From NCBI GenBank assembly GCA_965248435.1, contig OZ252100.1, positions 2,432,001 through 2,496,000 on the forward strand: a stretch of DNA of 64,000 bases, written 5' to 3'. The stretch is from Candidatus Latescibacterota bacterium. GTDB taxonomy: Bacteria; Latescibacterota; UBA2968; GCA-2709665. A program made the translations under genes and the position numbers. Position 1 is the first letter of the stretch. The number at the start of each line of letters is the position of its first letter. This document shows, piece by piece, positions 32,571 through 41,000 of this stretch. A model generated the notes under the pieces. It did not search any database. It was given only the letters and a program-made list of their open reading frames with translations, and was not told where the DNA came from.

Positions 32571-32854
32571 GATCCCCTACCCATCGCGGACCGTTGGCCC
32601 GATGATGCATCGCCTCATAGAAGCTCGCTTTCGGCCAAAAACCTGGAAGATTGAAAATGTGAATGACCTGACGCGTGGGTGCAGACCGCGAAAAGCACGG
32701 CTCCCTGGCTTGAACCGTGCCCCAGCTTAAAGCATACCGGGACACGCCCAGCCTAAACCTTGCCAGCTTGTTTATTGGAACGAATCGCGCTATATTATCG
32801 TAACACCCTTGATTCACTGGCGTTATGCTGGACGGATGGATCGTGGAGTGATTT

Positions 32855-33082
32855 ATGGCGGATTGGCAGAATTGCGATGCGGTTGAGCGCGACTCGAAAA
32901 AGGTGAGCGGGGCCTGGATATTTCGAGGAACACGGGTCCCCGTATCCGCGCTTTTCGAGAATCTCAAAGATGGCGCGTCGATTGAGCAGTTTCTCGAATG
33001 GTTCCCTGGCATAGAACGATCGCAGGTAGAAACCGTGCTCGATCACGAAGTGAAGGCGCTAGCAGATTCAGTTGATACGTGA
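32855..33082 (+). CDS. DUF433 family antitoxin
   Basis: SGAWIFRGTRVPV..LFENL..G.....FLEWFP. Confidence 0.9.
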   Translation: MADWQNCDAVERDSKKVSGAWIFRGTRVPVSALFENLKDGASIEQFLEWFPGIERSQVETVLDHEVKALADSVDT

Positions 33083-33396
33083 GGATTCTATTTGATCAGG
33101 GCACTCCCGTTCCTCTTCGACGATACCTTGCCGATCACTCCGTCGATACGGCCTTTGAGCGAGGATGGTTCAACCTGCAAAATAGCGAATTGATTGCGGC
33201 AAGCGAGAAGGATGGATATCAACTCTTGATCTCTACAGACCAAAGCCTCCGATATCAACAGAATCTGTCCGATAGACAGCTCGCGATCATCGTTCTTCTT
33301 TCAGCTTCGTGGCCACGCATCCAACCGCGAGTTGATGACATCCGAACGGCTGTGGACAAGATTGTTCCGGGTGATTACAAAGAGGTATCGATCTGA
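33079..33396 (+). CDS. DUF5615 / VapC45-like PIN toxin
   Basis: RILFDQGTP, STDQ.LRYQQN. Confidence 0.85.
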   Translation: MRILFDQGTPVPLRRYLADHSVDTAFERGWFNLQNSELIAASEKDGYQLLISTDQSLRYQQNLSDRQLAIIVLLSASWPRIQPRVDDIRTAVDKIVPGDYKEVSI

Positions 33397-33561
33397 GACA
33401 TTGCCCTCTGTGAACGTGGTCTCTCCACTGGCTTGAACAGGGTTCTTTTGTCCCGCTGGATGACTCCTCCGGCGGGATTTCTGTACGTGTTTTGCTCAAT
33501 CAGAAATGACTTTTTCGATTCGGCACGGCTGTGAACGAACCTAGTAGACGGTTCCGAATGG

Positions 33562-33957
33562 TCAGGCGATCACATCAACCCCATAACGCGCGAAGACGGC
33601 GTCGCCGGTTACGACGGGTAGGCTGTGGGTTTCAGCCGTGGCGATCAGGATCCGGTCGACAGGGTCGGCATGGATCGCGGGGAGCTCCGTGGCGCGCACC
33701 GCGGCGGCCAGGTCGACGGGAAGTTCCCGGAGGTCGTGGTGTTCCAGGATGGTGGCAAGCCACTCTGCCGGACGCGACGGTAGAGTGAGTTTGCCCTTGG
33801 CGACTTTGATCCCGATCTCAAATCCGGAGATCGCGGAGACGTAGACAACCGGTGCGTCGTCTATTCGGGTCAAGGCGTCCTGAGACAGCTGTCCGCCTCC
33901 CTGGCCCAGCCACAGGATCGCACAGGTATCGAGAAGCACGACCCTACCCCTCCGCAT
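33562..33957 (-). CDS. vapC: PIN/VapC toxin
   Basis: LLDTC, SAIS.FEI, H.DP.DRILIA.A, VTGD. Confidence 0.92.
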   Translation of the reverse strand: MRRGRVVLLDTCAILWLGQGGGQLSQDALTRIDDAPVVYVSAISGFEIGIKVAKGKLTLPSRPAEWLATILEHHDLRELPVDLAAAVRATELPAIHADPVDRILIATAETHSLPVVTGDAVFARYGVDVIA

Positions 33958-34183
33958 CTTCAGAAGGCCACTCGGCCGGACTCATTGGTTCGGTCGGATC
34001 GTAGTTGACGACTGCCTCCTTCGCAAGGGGGTGCGGATCGAGTCGGGTCCGCTTGCGGTACGGAACGAGACTGGCAACCGGCTTGCGGTGTCGGCAGATG
34101 ACGACCTCATCGCCGGTGCGCTCGATTCCCGCAAGGAGGGCGGACAGCTGGGTTTTGGCCTCGTGCACGCTCACGAGTTTCAC
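33944..34183 (-). CDS. Phd/YefM antitoxin
   Basis: VHEAKTQLS, VVICR..KPVA; promoter TTGACA-N17-TAAGTT upstream. Confidence 0.9.
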   Translation of the reverse strand: MKLVSVHEAKTQLSALLAGIERTGDEVVICRHRKPVASLVPYRKRTRLDPHPLAKEAVVNYDPTEPMSPAEWPSEDAEG

Positions 34184-34331
34184 GGAATCCTCCAATGAAG
34201 TTAGGGTATCGATTTGATCTATTAAACTTAGTCTGATTAGTCATAATTGTCAAGGGGGAGGGTCCGAGCACCGGCACGGCCCGACGACAATCAGAATCCG
34301 GGGACAATGAATCGCACCCAGCGAGGGAAGC

Positions 34332-34586
34332 GTGGGCAACTATCGACCGCAGTCAGCAGATACGACGGAAGCCGTCGATCGCCTGATGTTCGAGGCTTAC
34401 GGACGGATGTCCGCGGACGAGAAGCTGCGCCGGGTCAGGGACCTCAACCGCACCTGCAAGATGCTTTGTCTGCAAGGCCTCCGGGAGAGGTACCCCGATG
34501 CGGATGAGACCGAATTGAGTGCTCGCTGGGCGGCAACGTTTCTCGACGAAAAGATCGTCTCCGCCCTGTTCGGATGGTCCCCATAA
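34332..34586 (+). CDS. Small helical protein paired with a nucleotidyltransferase
   Basis: DT..........MS..EK.............G.R..YP pattern typical of NTase partner proteins. Confidence 0.65.
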   Translation: MGNYRPQSADTTEAVDRLMFEAYGRMSADEKLRRVRDLNRTCKMLCLQGLRERYPDADETELSARWAATFLDEKIVSALFGWSP

Positions 34587-34590
34587 ACCG

Positions 34591-35127
34591 ATGAATCAGC
34601 CCGATCCGATAAAGGTCATAAACGATGTTGGCCGGATTCTCTCCGATTTGGGAATCCGGTTCTTCGTAAGTGGGTCTATCGCGAGCTCTCTGTATGGCGA
34701 ACCCAGGTCCACGAACGATATCGACATTGTCGCGGACCTGGACGAGGAAGATGTAAGGAGAGCGATCGAACGATCGTCTTCGTTCAACATCGTCCACAAT
34801 GAAACGGTCCAGAAAGTCGACATCTTCGTGGCCGGACGCGATCCACATACCATCCGGGAGCTCGGAAGGACACACCTGATGACTCTGCAGGACGGGTCGT
34901 CCATTCCGCTGGCCTCTCGAGAGGATCTGATTTTTCAGAAACTGGTGCGGTACGAGAAGGGAGACCGCGTCTCCGATCGACAGTGGCGGGATGTTCTTGG
35001 GCTGCTGAAGGGTTCGGAACCTGACGTCCACTACTTGAAAGACTGGGCGGAGCAGCTCGGCGTCGCAGATCTACTCAGCGAGGCATTCGTAGAATCCGAT
35101 CTGAGTGATCCCGGTGATGAGCGATAA
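34591..35127 (+). CDS. Pol-beta-like nucleotidyltransferase (AbiEii/DUF6036-like), possibly internally shortened
   Basis: GSIASSLYGEPRSTNDID, KVDIF, EDLI..KL, SDRQWRDV. Confidence 0.8.
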   Translation: MNQPDPIKVINDVGRILSDLGIRFFVSGSIASSLYGEPRSTNDIDIVADLDEEDVRRAIERSSSFNIVHNETVQKVDIFVAGRDPHTIRELGRTHLMTLQDGSSIPLASREDLIFQKLVRYEKGDRVSDRQWRDVLGLLKGSEPDVHYLKDWAEQLGVADLLSEAFVESDLSDPGDER

Positions 35128-35147
35128 TTGACGCGATCCTGTTCTTC

Positions 35148-35237
35148 CAGCGCCAACGGCGCGTCCTCCCTTTACCGAGGGCAGCGCCCTCGGGTGCGCG
35201 AAGTACATAACGCAGTGCGGCCTGAAGGGCCGCGATA
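35148..35237 (+). repeat. ~90-bp triple-hairpin repeat, copy 3
   Basis: Near-identical to copy 1, including the preceding TCTTC. Confidence 0.9.
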
Positions 35238-35407
35238 TGACCCACCCCGCCCAGCCAGTCGCACGCCTTTCTTGAGGCACCTCCGCCCCAGGCGAACGGG
35301 CACCCCTCCCAGGAGGGGACTTGGCCAGGCGGCTCGTGAAGTGGGTCAATTGCGAATTGCGGATTTGGGATTGCGGAGGCGGTGAATTAGCCGAACTTGC
35401 GGAGTGC

Positions 35408-35851
35408 TCAGTCCAGGTTAGATGGCTGGTCTGCAGGATCGATGCGTTGGATGCCCGGGACGGAGTCGAAATGGGTGTCTACAGTGATGATGCGAGTGAT
35501 GCCGTGGCCCGACATGACAGAGCAGTGAACGGCGTCTCGCACCGGGAGGTCGGGATGATCCTCGAGGAGGCGGCAGGTGCCTCGCATGTCAGCACCGGTG
35601 ACGGACAGCAGATCGGGGAACAGGTCCATTACATCGGCTGCGAGACGGAGTCCTTCGACCCTGAGGTTCCGGCGGGAGAGAACGTAGAGCAGTTCCTGGA
35701 CGACTTCGATGCTGGTCACCGCGTCGAGGTCTCCGTCTCCGATACGGGTGAGGATGTCGCCACAAGGAACTTTGAGGCGATGTTCGCTACCGGCAGCGTA
35801 GAGGAAGATGTTGGTGTCGATGAAGACGCGAGTATCAGCGGACGCCGGCAT
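35408..35851 (-). CDS. vapC: PIN/VapC toxin
   Basis: FIDTNIFLYA.G, EV.QE, RDAVH, T.D.HFD. Confidence 0.92.
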   Translation of the reverse strand: MPASADTRVFIDTNIFLYAAGSEHRLKVPCGDILTRIGDGDLDAVTSIEVVQELLYVLSRRNLRVEGLRLAADVMDLFPDLLSVTGADMRGTCRLLEDHPDLPVRDAVHCSVMSGHGITRIITVDTHFDSVPGIQRIDPADQPSNLD

Positions 35852-36077
35852 CGTGCGCCTCCTCGGCCTCCCGGTCGATATCCTGCCAGTCGACGACAGG
35901 AAGATTCATGATGCCGGCTGCAGCTTCGGCTTTCCGGGGCGGCACCTTCAGGTAGCGCTCACGGACGGCATCACGCACCAACTCGGCGACGGATACCCCT
36001 TCGCGTGCGGCCCGGATTTCGAGCTGCCGGTATTCGGCGGGTTCCATAAGAATCTGGGCGCGTTTGGTTCTAGCCAT
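35835..36077 (-). CDS. CopG/RHH antitoxin
   Basis: RAQIL....Y..L...A...G.SVAELVRDAV; RBS AAGGAG. Confidence 0.85.
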   Translation of the reverse strand: MARTKRAQILMEPAEYRQLEIRAAREGVSVAELVRDAVRERYLKVPPRKAEAAAGIMNLPVVDWQDIDREAEEAHDAGVR

Positions 36078-36188
36078 AGACGACATCTCCTTAGTATGTG
36101 CATAAGTATACATATATACGGCTTCTTTGGCAACCCGAAACCCTGACGGGGCCAAGTTGCGAACGACGATCGACGAACGACGGCCTTT

Positions 36189-36280
36189 CAGCGCCAACGG
36201 CGCGTCATCCCTTTACCGAGGGCAGCGCCCCCTCGGGTCGCGAAGTACATAAACGCAGTGCGGCCTGAAGGGCCGCGATA
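36189..36280 (+). repeat. ~90-bp triple-hairpin repeat, copy 4
   Basis: Shares the upstream GTTGCGAACGACGATCGACGAACGACGGCCTTT and the downstream ATCGCC.TGCC with copy 2. Confidence 0.9.
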
Positions 36281-36380
36281 ACTTTGCATCGCCCTGCCCG
36301 TCAGCCAACCCCCAGAGAATGATGCAAATTCAGCGATAATCTCGCCCCCAAGGCAGCAGATCCTCCGATGCACTGCAGCC

Positions 36381-36409
36381 TTGACACGAATACCGTTATC
36401 CGTTATAGT
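36381..36409 (+). promoter_or_regulatory. Sigma70 promoter giving a leaderless higB mRNA
   Basis: TTGACA-N17-TATAGT-N7-GTG. Confidence 0.75.
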
Positions 36410-36416
36410 ATGATAC

Positions 36417-36710
36417 GTGATAAATTCCTTTCGCGACAAGGCCACGGAAGATATCTTTGACGGTCGGGATACACGCGTTGCGCGTTCGGCGTGTCCGTCG
36501 TCCTTGTGGCCGGTTGCCCGGCGCAAGCTGGATCAGATCAATCGTGTCCGCGACGCGAACCACCTCTCGATACCCCCGGGAAACCGGCTCGAGCGACTGC
36601 GCGGGGACCGACGGGGTCAATACAGCATCCGAATCAACGACCAGTACCGTATCTGTTTCCATTGGGAGGAGGGTCATGCCTTCGATGTCGAAATCACGGA
36701 CTACCACTAA
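36417..36710 (+). CDS. higB: HigB toxin
   Basis: MI.SF.DK.TE, PPGNRLE.L.GDR.GQYSIRINDQYR.CF, TDYH. Confidence 0.93.
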   Translation: MINSFRDKATEDIFDGRDTRVARSACPSSLWPVARRKLDQINRVRDANHLSIPPGNRLERLRGDRRGQYSIRINDQYRICFHWEEGHAFDVEITDYH

Positions 36711-37038
36711 GGGGCGGGCTCGGCTCGCTGAGCGTCGGCTGCCGACCGACCGCCCACCGACGCACCCAGGAGAGATGCTTCGCGCCGAGTTCCTTGAACC
36801 CCTGGGGATTACACAGACCGCCTTCGCCGCTCGACTGGGCGTGTCCTTTCCCCGGCTCAACGAGATCATCAAGGGGCGCCGTTCGGTAACGCCCGACACG
36901 GCACTGCGACTTGCTCGCGTCCTTGGCATGCCCGCTGATTTTTGGCTCGGCCTGCAGAGCGACTGGGATCTCTGGCAGGCGATGCAAAGTGACAGTGCCG
37001 CCGACATCGAGCAGCTGACCCCTCTCGAGCTGCCTTAG
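36676..37038 (+). CDS. higA: HigA antitoxin
   Basis: RPPTHPGEML, GVSFPRLNEII.G.R.VTPDTALRL; start placed after GGAGGAGG inside higB. Confidence 0.88.
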   Translation: MPSMSKSRTTTKGRARLAERRLPTDRPPTHPGEMLRAEFLEPLGITQTAFAARLGVSFPRLNEIIKGRRSVTPDTALRLARVLGMPADFWLGLQSDWDLWQAMQSDSAADIEQLTPLELP

Positions 37039-37126
37039 CGCCAACGGTGCGTCATCCCTTTACCGAGGGCAGCGCCCCCTCGGGTCACGAAGTTCATAAC
37101 GTGGTGCGGCCTGAAGGGCCGCGATA
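37037..37126 (+). repeat. ~90-bp triple-hairpin repeat, copy 5
   Basis: Overlaps the higA stop; followed at 37144-37170 by a degenerate copy of the transposase 5' end. Confidence 0.9.
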
Positions 37127-37275
37127 AACTCAGACCGCCCACCGCAATCCCTGTCCCCGCATCTGATTCAACCGATCTTGTGCAGACGCGAAAAGCCCGG
37201 CTCCCTTCTGAGGGGGCCGGGCTTAATGTAGCTTGTGCGTGAGCAATCACGATCAATCAAGTTTTACGCTTGACC

Positions 37276-37674
37276 TCAATTCAGGACATCCCAGAGTCGG
37301 AGACCTGGGACCTTCTTAAAATGTTCATCGAAGGTGGCGATCACGGATCCGGTTTCGATGGCCTGGGCGGCAATCCAGACATCGTTCATCGGGATAGGAC
37401 TACCGGCCCGCTTAAGCGTATCCTTAACCTGGCCGAACACCTCGGCCGTTTCCCCACCGATCGGGAGCACACGAACCGTGGGCTTCTGAAGGAAGCGGGA
37501 AAGTTGAGCTCGGTTCTCCCGAAACTTGCTCCCACTTCTGAAGCCTGCGAAAAGCTCGCCCATCACGATCGCCGAGAGGTAGACGGTTTCCGCATCACCC
37601 AGCACGTTGAGAACGCGTTCGTCGCCGCTCAGGAACCGTGCATATGCGTTCGTGTCCAGAAGGATGGACTTCAT
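37276..37674 (-). CDS. vapC: PIN/VapC toxin
   Basis: LLDTNAY, GEL, PIP.NDVWIAA, TFD.HF. Confidence 0.93.
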   Translation of the reverse strand: MKSILLDTNAYARFLSGDERVLNVLGDAETVYLSAIVMGELFAGFRSGSKFRENRAQLSRFLQKPTVRVLPIGGETAEVFGQVKDTLKRAGSPIPMNDVWIAAQAIETGSVIATFDEHFKKVPGLRLWDVLN

Positions 37675-37925
37675 TTCCAGTCCTCGGGATCGACGGTTTC
37701 AAAGTCTCCGGTCGCACGACCGAACGCTTCGAGATCCACCTGGGACCAGGACCCAAAAAGATCCTGAAAATCCAGCTTGCGATCAGGCGGCTGCTCAACC
37801 AAACCGAGAGCCTCTCTCAGTAACCGCTTGATCGTCTTGTTCAGGCTCTGGCCAGCCGAATCAGCCTTGCTCCGGATCTTGTCGTCCAGAGAATCATCCA
37901 GCCCGTGAATCGTAATGGATTTCAT
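37671..37925 (-). CDS. FitA-like RHH antitoxin
   Basis: ITIHGLD, G.SLN; promoter TTGACA-N17-TATATT with three TGAACTAT direct repeats. Confidence 0.85.
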   Translation of the reverse strand: MKSITIHGLDDSLDDKIRSKADSAGQSLNKTIKRLLREALGLVEQPPDRKLDFQDLFGSWSQVDLEAFGRATGDFETVDPEDWK

Positions 37926-38026
37926 TGACCTATCCTTATAGTTCATATTTCTATTCAGAATAGTTCAAAATATAGTTCATATTAGTCCCTTTGTCAAGGC
38001 TGCTTTTTCAAGGATTTGCACCTTCA

Positions 38027-38058
38027 ACCCAATTTTCCACGCGCGTGGAAAATTGGGT
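38027..38058. repeat. Perfect 32-bp palindrome
   Basis: ACCCAATTTTCCACGCGCGTGGAAAATTGGGT. Confidence 0.85.
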
Positions 38059-38092
38059 GAGAGCCTTCGAGCCAGCGCGAAACAAGTCAGGA

Positions 38093-41000
38093 CTACTTGA
38101 GCAGGAGCATCTTGTGGATCTGCTGGAAGCCTTCCGCCGCCATCCGGGTGAGGTAGATCCCGCTCGCAACCGGTCGGTTCTGTGCATCCAACCCGCCCCA
38201 GCGCAGGACGTAGTACCCGGCCAGGTGGTCCTCATCGACGAGCGTGGCGACCTCTTGACCGAGGATGTTATACACGCGGATGGAGACGCGACCCGCCTCC
38301 GGGACGGCATACTGGATCGTCGTCTCGGGGTTGAAGGGGTTGGGGAAGTTGGGCTCCAGTGCGAACTCGTCCGGGACGAGAGAGAGCCTGGCGCCAAGGT
38401 TCTGAGCGGCGTTCACTCCCAGCTTGTCGTCGATCAGGAGGCCTTCCACGATCTCGATCAGGCCTCCTCTGGGATTACCATCCAGGATCTCGAAGTGGAG
38501 CCGCGCCGCGATCCCATCCCCTGCGACGGGCGAGCCCTGTGTCATCGCGCTTGCGACTAGGACCTCGCCCTCCTCCGAGACGTGTCTGAGCACTCCGAAG
38601 ATCTCAGCGAGACGCCCATCCTGTTTGAGGATGCCCTGCCCGCCGTCCGTCGCCGAGATGAACTTGAGGTGATCCGGGTCGTACTTCACAGTCACTCCAT
38701 ACCCCTTCAGGTTGTGGGTATTCGAAACCGTGATGTCGGCGATGAACTCCTTACTCTGCGTAGAGGATGAAGGCCTTCTGACGAGCTGCAGTTTGGTGTC
38801 GACGTCTATGCCGTAGGTTTTTACCACGGCCACCGGTTTCGTGCCGCTCTCACCTTTGACGTACTGTTTGTCGAAGAGCCCTATTAAGGCAAGAAAGTCG
38901 AAGAACCCGACCGCACCATCTCCGGTCAGATCGGCGGCCAGGTCGAATCCGGAGTCGCCTGGAGACTTTTCGAAGGCACCCACGAAGCCCAGAAAGTCGA
39001 AGAAGCCGACCTTAAAGTCACCGTCCAGGTCACCGGGAAATTCGGCCGCAGTCGCGTCGACGGTAATCTGGCCCTCCAGGAAGGCACTTTCGAACGTCCC
39101 GTCGCCGGCCTTGACCCGGTAGTAGTAGGTGGTGCCGTCCTCCAGGGTCCTGTCCACGGTCCACGCGGTCACACCGGCTGGATCGCCCGATCCGGTGCCT
39201 GCCCCGGCCGAGAGTCCGGCTTCGAGGGAAAGGGCATCCGAGTAGTCGCTGGACGAGGCCAGGTGGAACGTGTAGGACAATCCACTTCCGGAGCTGTTGT
39301 TGATCACGATCGTCGGGCTGAGTGGGTCACCCTGGATCAGCGCAAGCGTCGGGGTATCCAGACCCTTGTCGACCGCCGGAGTCACGACGTCCGAAGCAAG
39401 GGAGGGATCGCCCGAAAGCTGCTGGGCTGCGAGGGAGCGGATCTGGTAGCTGTAGGACACGTCGTTATCGACGTTGTTGTCCACATAGCTCGTGGCCACG
39501 CCGAGGGTGGCGATGGGACTGAAACTCCCGTCTCCGGCTTCCCGTTCCACGATGTAGCCGACGACGCCCGAAGAGGCACTCGCCTCCCACGCCAGGCTGA
39601 CGATTCCGCTTCCCTCTGTCGCTGTGGGCTGATCAGGGGGATCCGGCGCAGGAACTGCACCCGCCGCGAACGTTTTAAAGGCAGTGACTGTGCCTTCGGA
39701 AGGAGGGTTCCCGGCACGATCGACCGACTCCACCTGGAAGGAGTAGTCTGTGTCAGGCGTCAGGTTGGTCAGGATGAGGACGTGGCTCGTGACGTCCGAG
39801 GCGTCCCCGACGTTGAAGTCGAGAGATCCGCCCGCAGCGCCGAACAACACCGCGCTGTCGGAGACCTCGTCGGTGTCCCACGTGATCGTGGCCGTGCTGT
39901 CGCCAGGCGTGGCGACGACGTTGCTGATGACGGGCGAGGTGACGTCGGGATCGGCGTCGGTCTGGAACGAGAGGATATCACTGCTCACGGGACCGTTGTT
40001 GCTCTGATCCTTGGAGGACACCCGGTAATAGTAGAGCTGATCCGCGTCCAGGTTCGTGAGCGTGATGGTATGTGCCGTGTTGAAGTCGGGATCGTTTCGT
40101 ATCTGGTCGAGGCTCTCCTCGGACGTTCCGAAGGCGACCTCTGCGTCGGCGGCCTCGCTCGTCTCCCAGCCGATCGTAGCCTGTCGGTCATTCTTGTAGA
40201 TCACACTCGCGTCCACCGAGATGACTGGCGCGGAGATGTCTATGTCTGACGGCGTACTGCCGAAGGCGACCTTGCTCAGCGTAGCCCCGTTTCCAGAGAC
40301 ATCCGTGGCCCCGGCCTGATAGGCGTAGGTGGTTCCAGCGGTCAGTTTTGTGAGCACAACCCGGTGTGTCGTCACGTTGTCGCCGGAGATCTCCGAATCG
40401 CCGAGGTCGTCCTCCGAGTCCCCAAAACTGAGCTGGCTGTTGCTGTTCTCGTCCGTGCCCCACTCGATCGTCAGACTCGACGTCGTAGAGGCCACGACCT
40501 TCGGGGCCGCAGTAATCACAGGGAACTGCGTGTCCGGATCGGTGTCGGTCGTGAAGCTCCCGAACCCTCCCGGGACCTGGAGCTTGGTGAGGGGATCGGT
40601 GCTGGTGACCTCCAGCCCGGCCGCGTTCGTCGACGTGACCTGGAAGACATACTGCTGCCCAGGAGTCAACCCCGTGACCTCCACGCTGTGATCCGTCGCG
40701 AGTTCATCTGTGTTTTCCACGACAATCTGAGAGGCTTCCCCGAACACCGGAACGTCACCCTGCAGGGCCAGTTTCGAAGCGGGGAGCGCGCCGACTTCGG
40801 CCAGAGAGGTGGCGTCCTGATCGGTCCTGAATCTGATGATGACGAAGTCGTCCTTGATGTCCACGACCGGGCCTTCGATGATCGACGGCGCCACGGCTGC
40901 CGCCGCAGGTCGCGTGCGGAAGGTGTGATCAAAGCTCAGCCCCAGGATCCCCCCGGCGGGATCTGTCTTGACTACGTTCCCAACGTTGTCCGCGGATTCG

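Noticed and set aside
30346-37126. CRISPR array interpretation of the five repeats
   Set aside because: Repeats are ~90 bp, spacing is 0.8-2.7 kb and contains whole genes; no cas genes.
30346-37925. Classical integron cassette array
   Set aside because: No intI; the repeats lack RYYYAAC/GTTRRRY ends and a single long attC stem; modules lie in both orientations.
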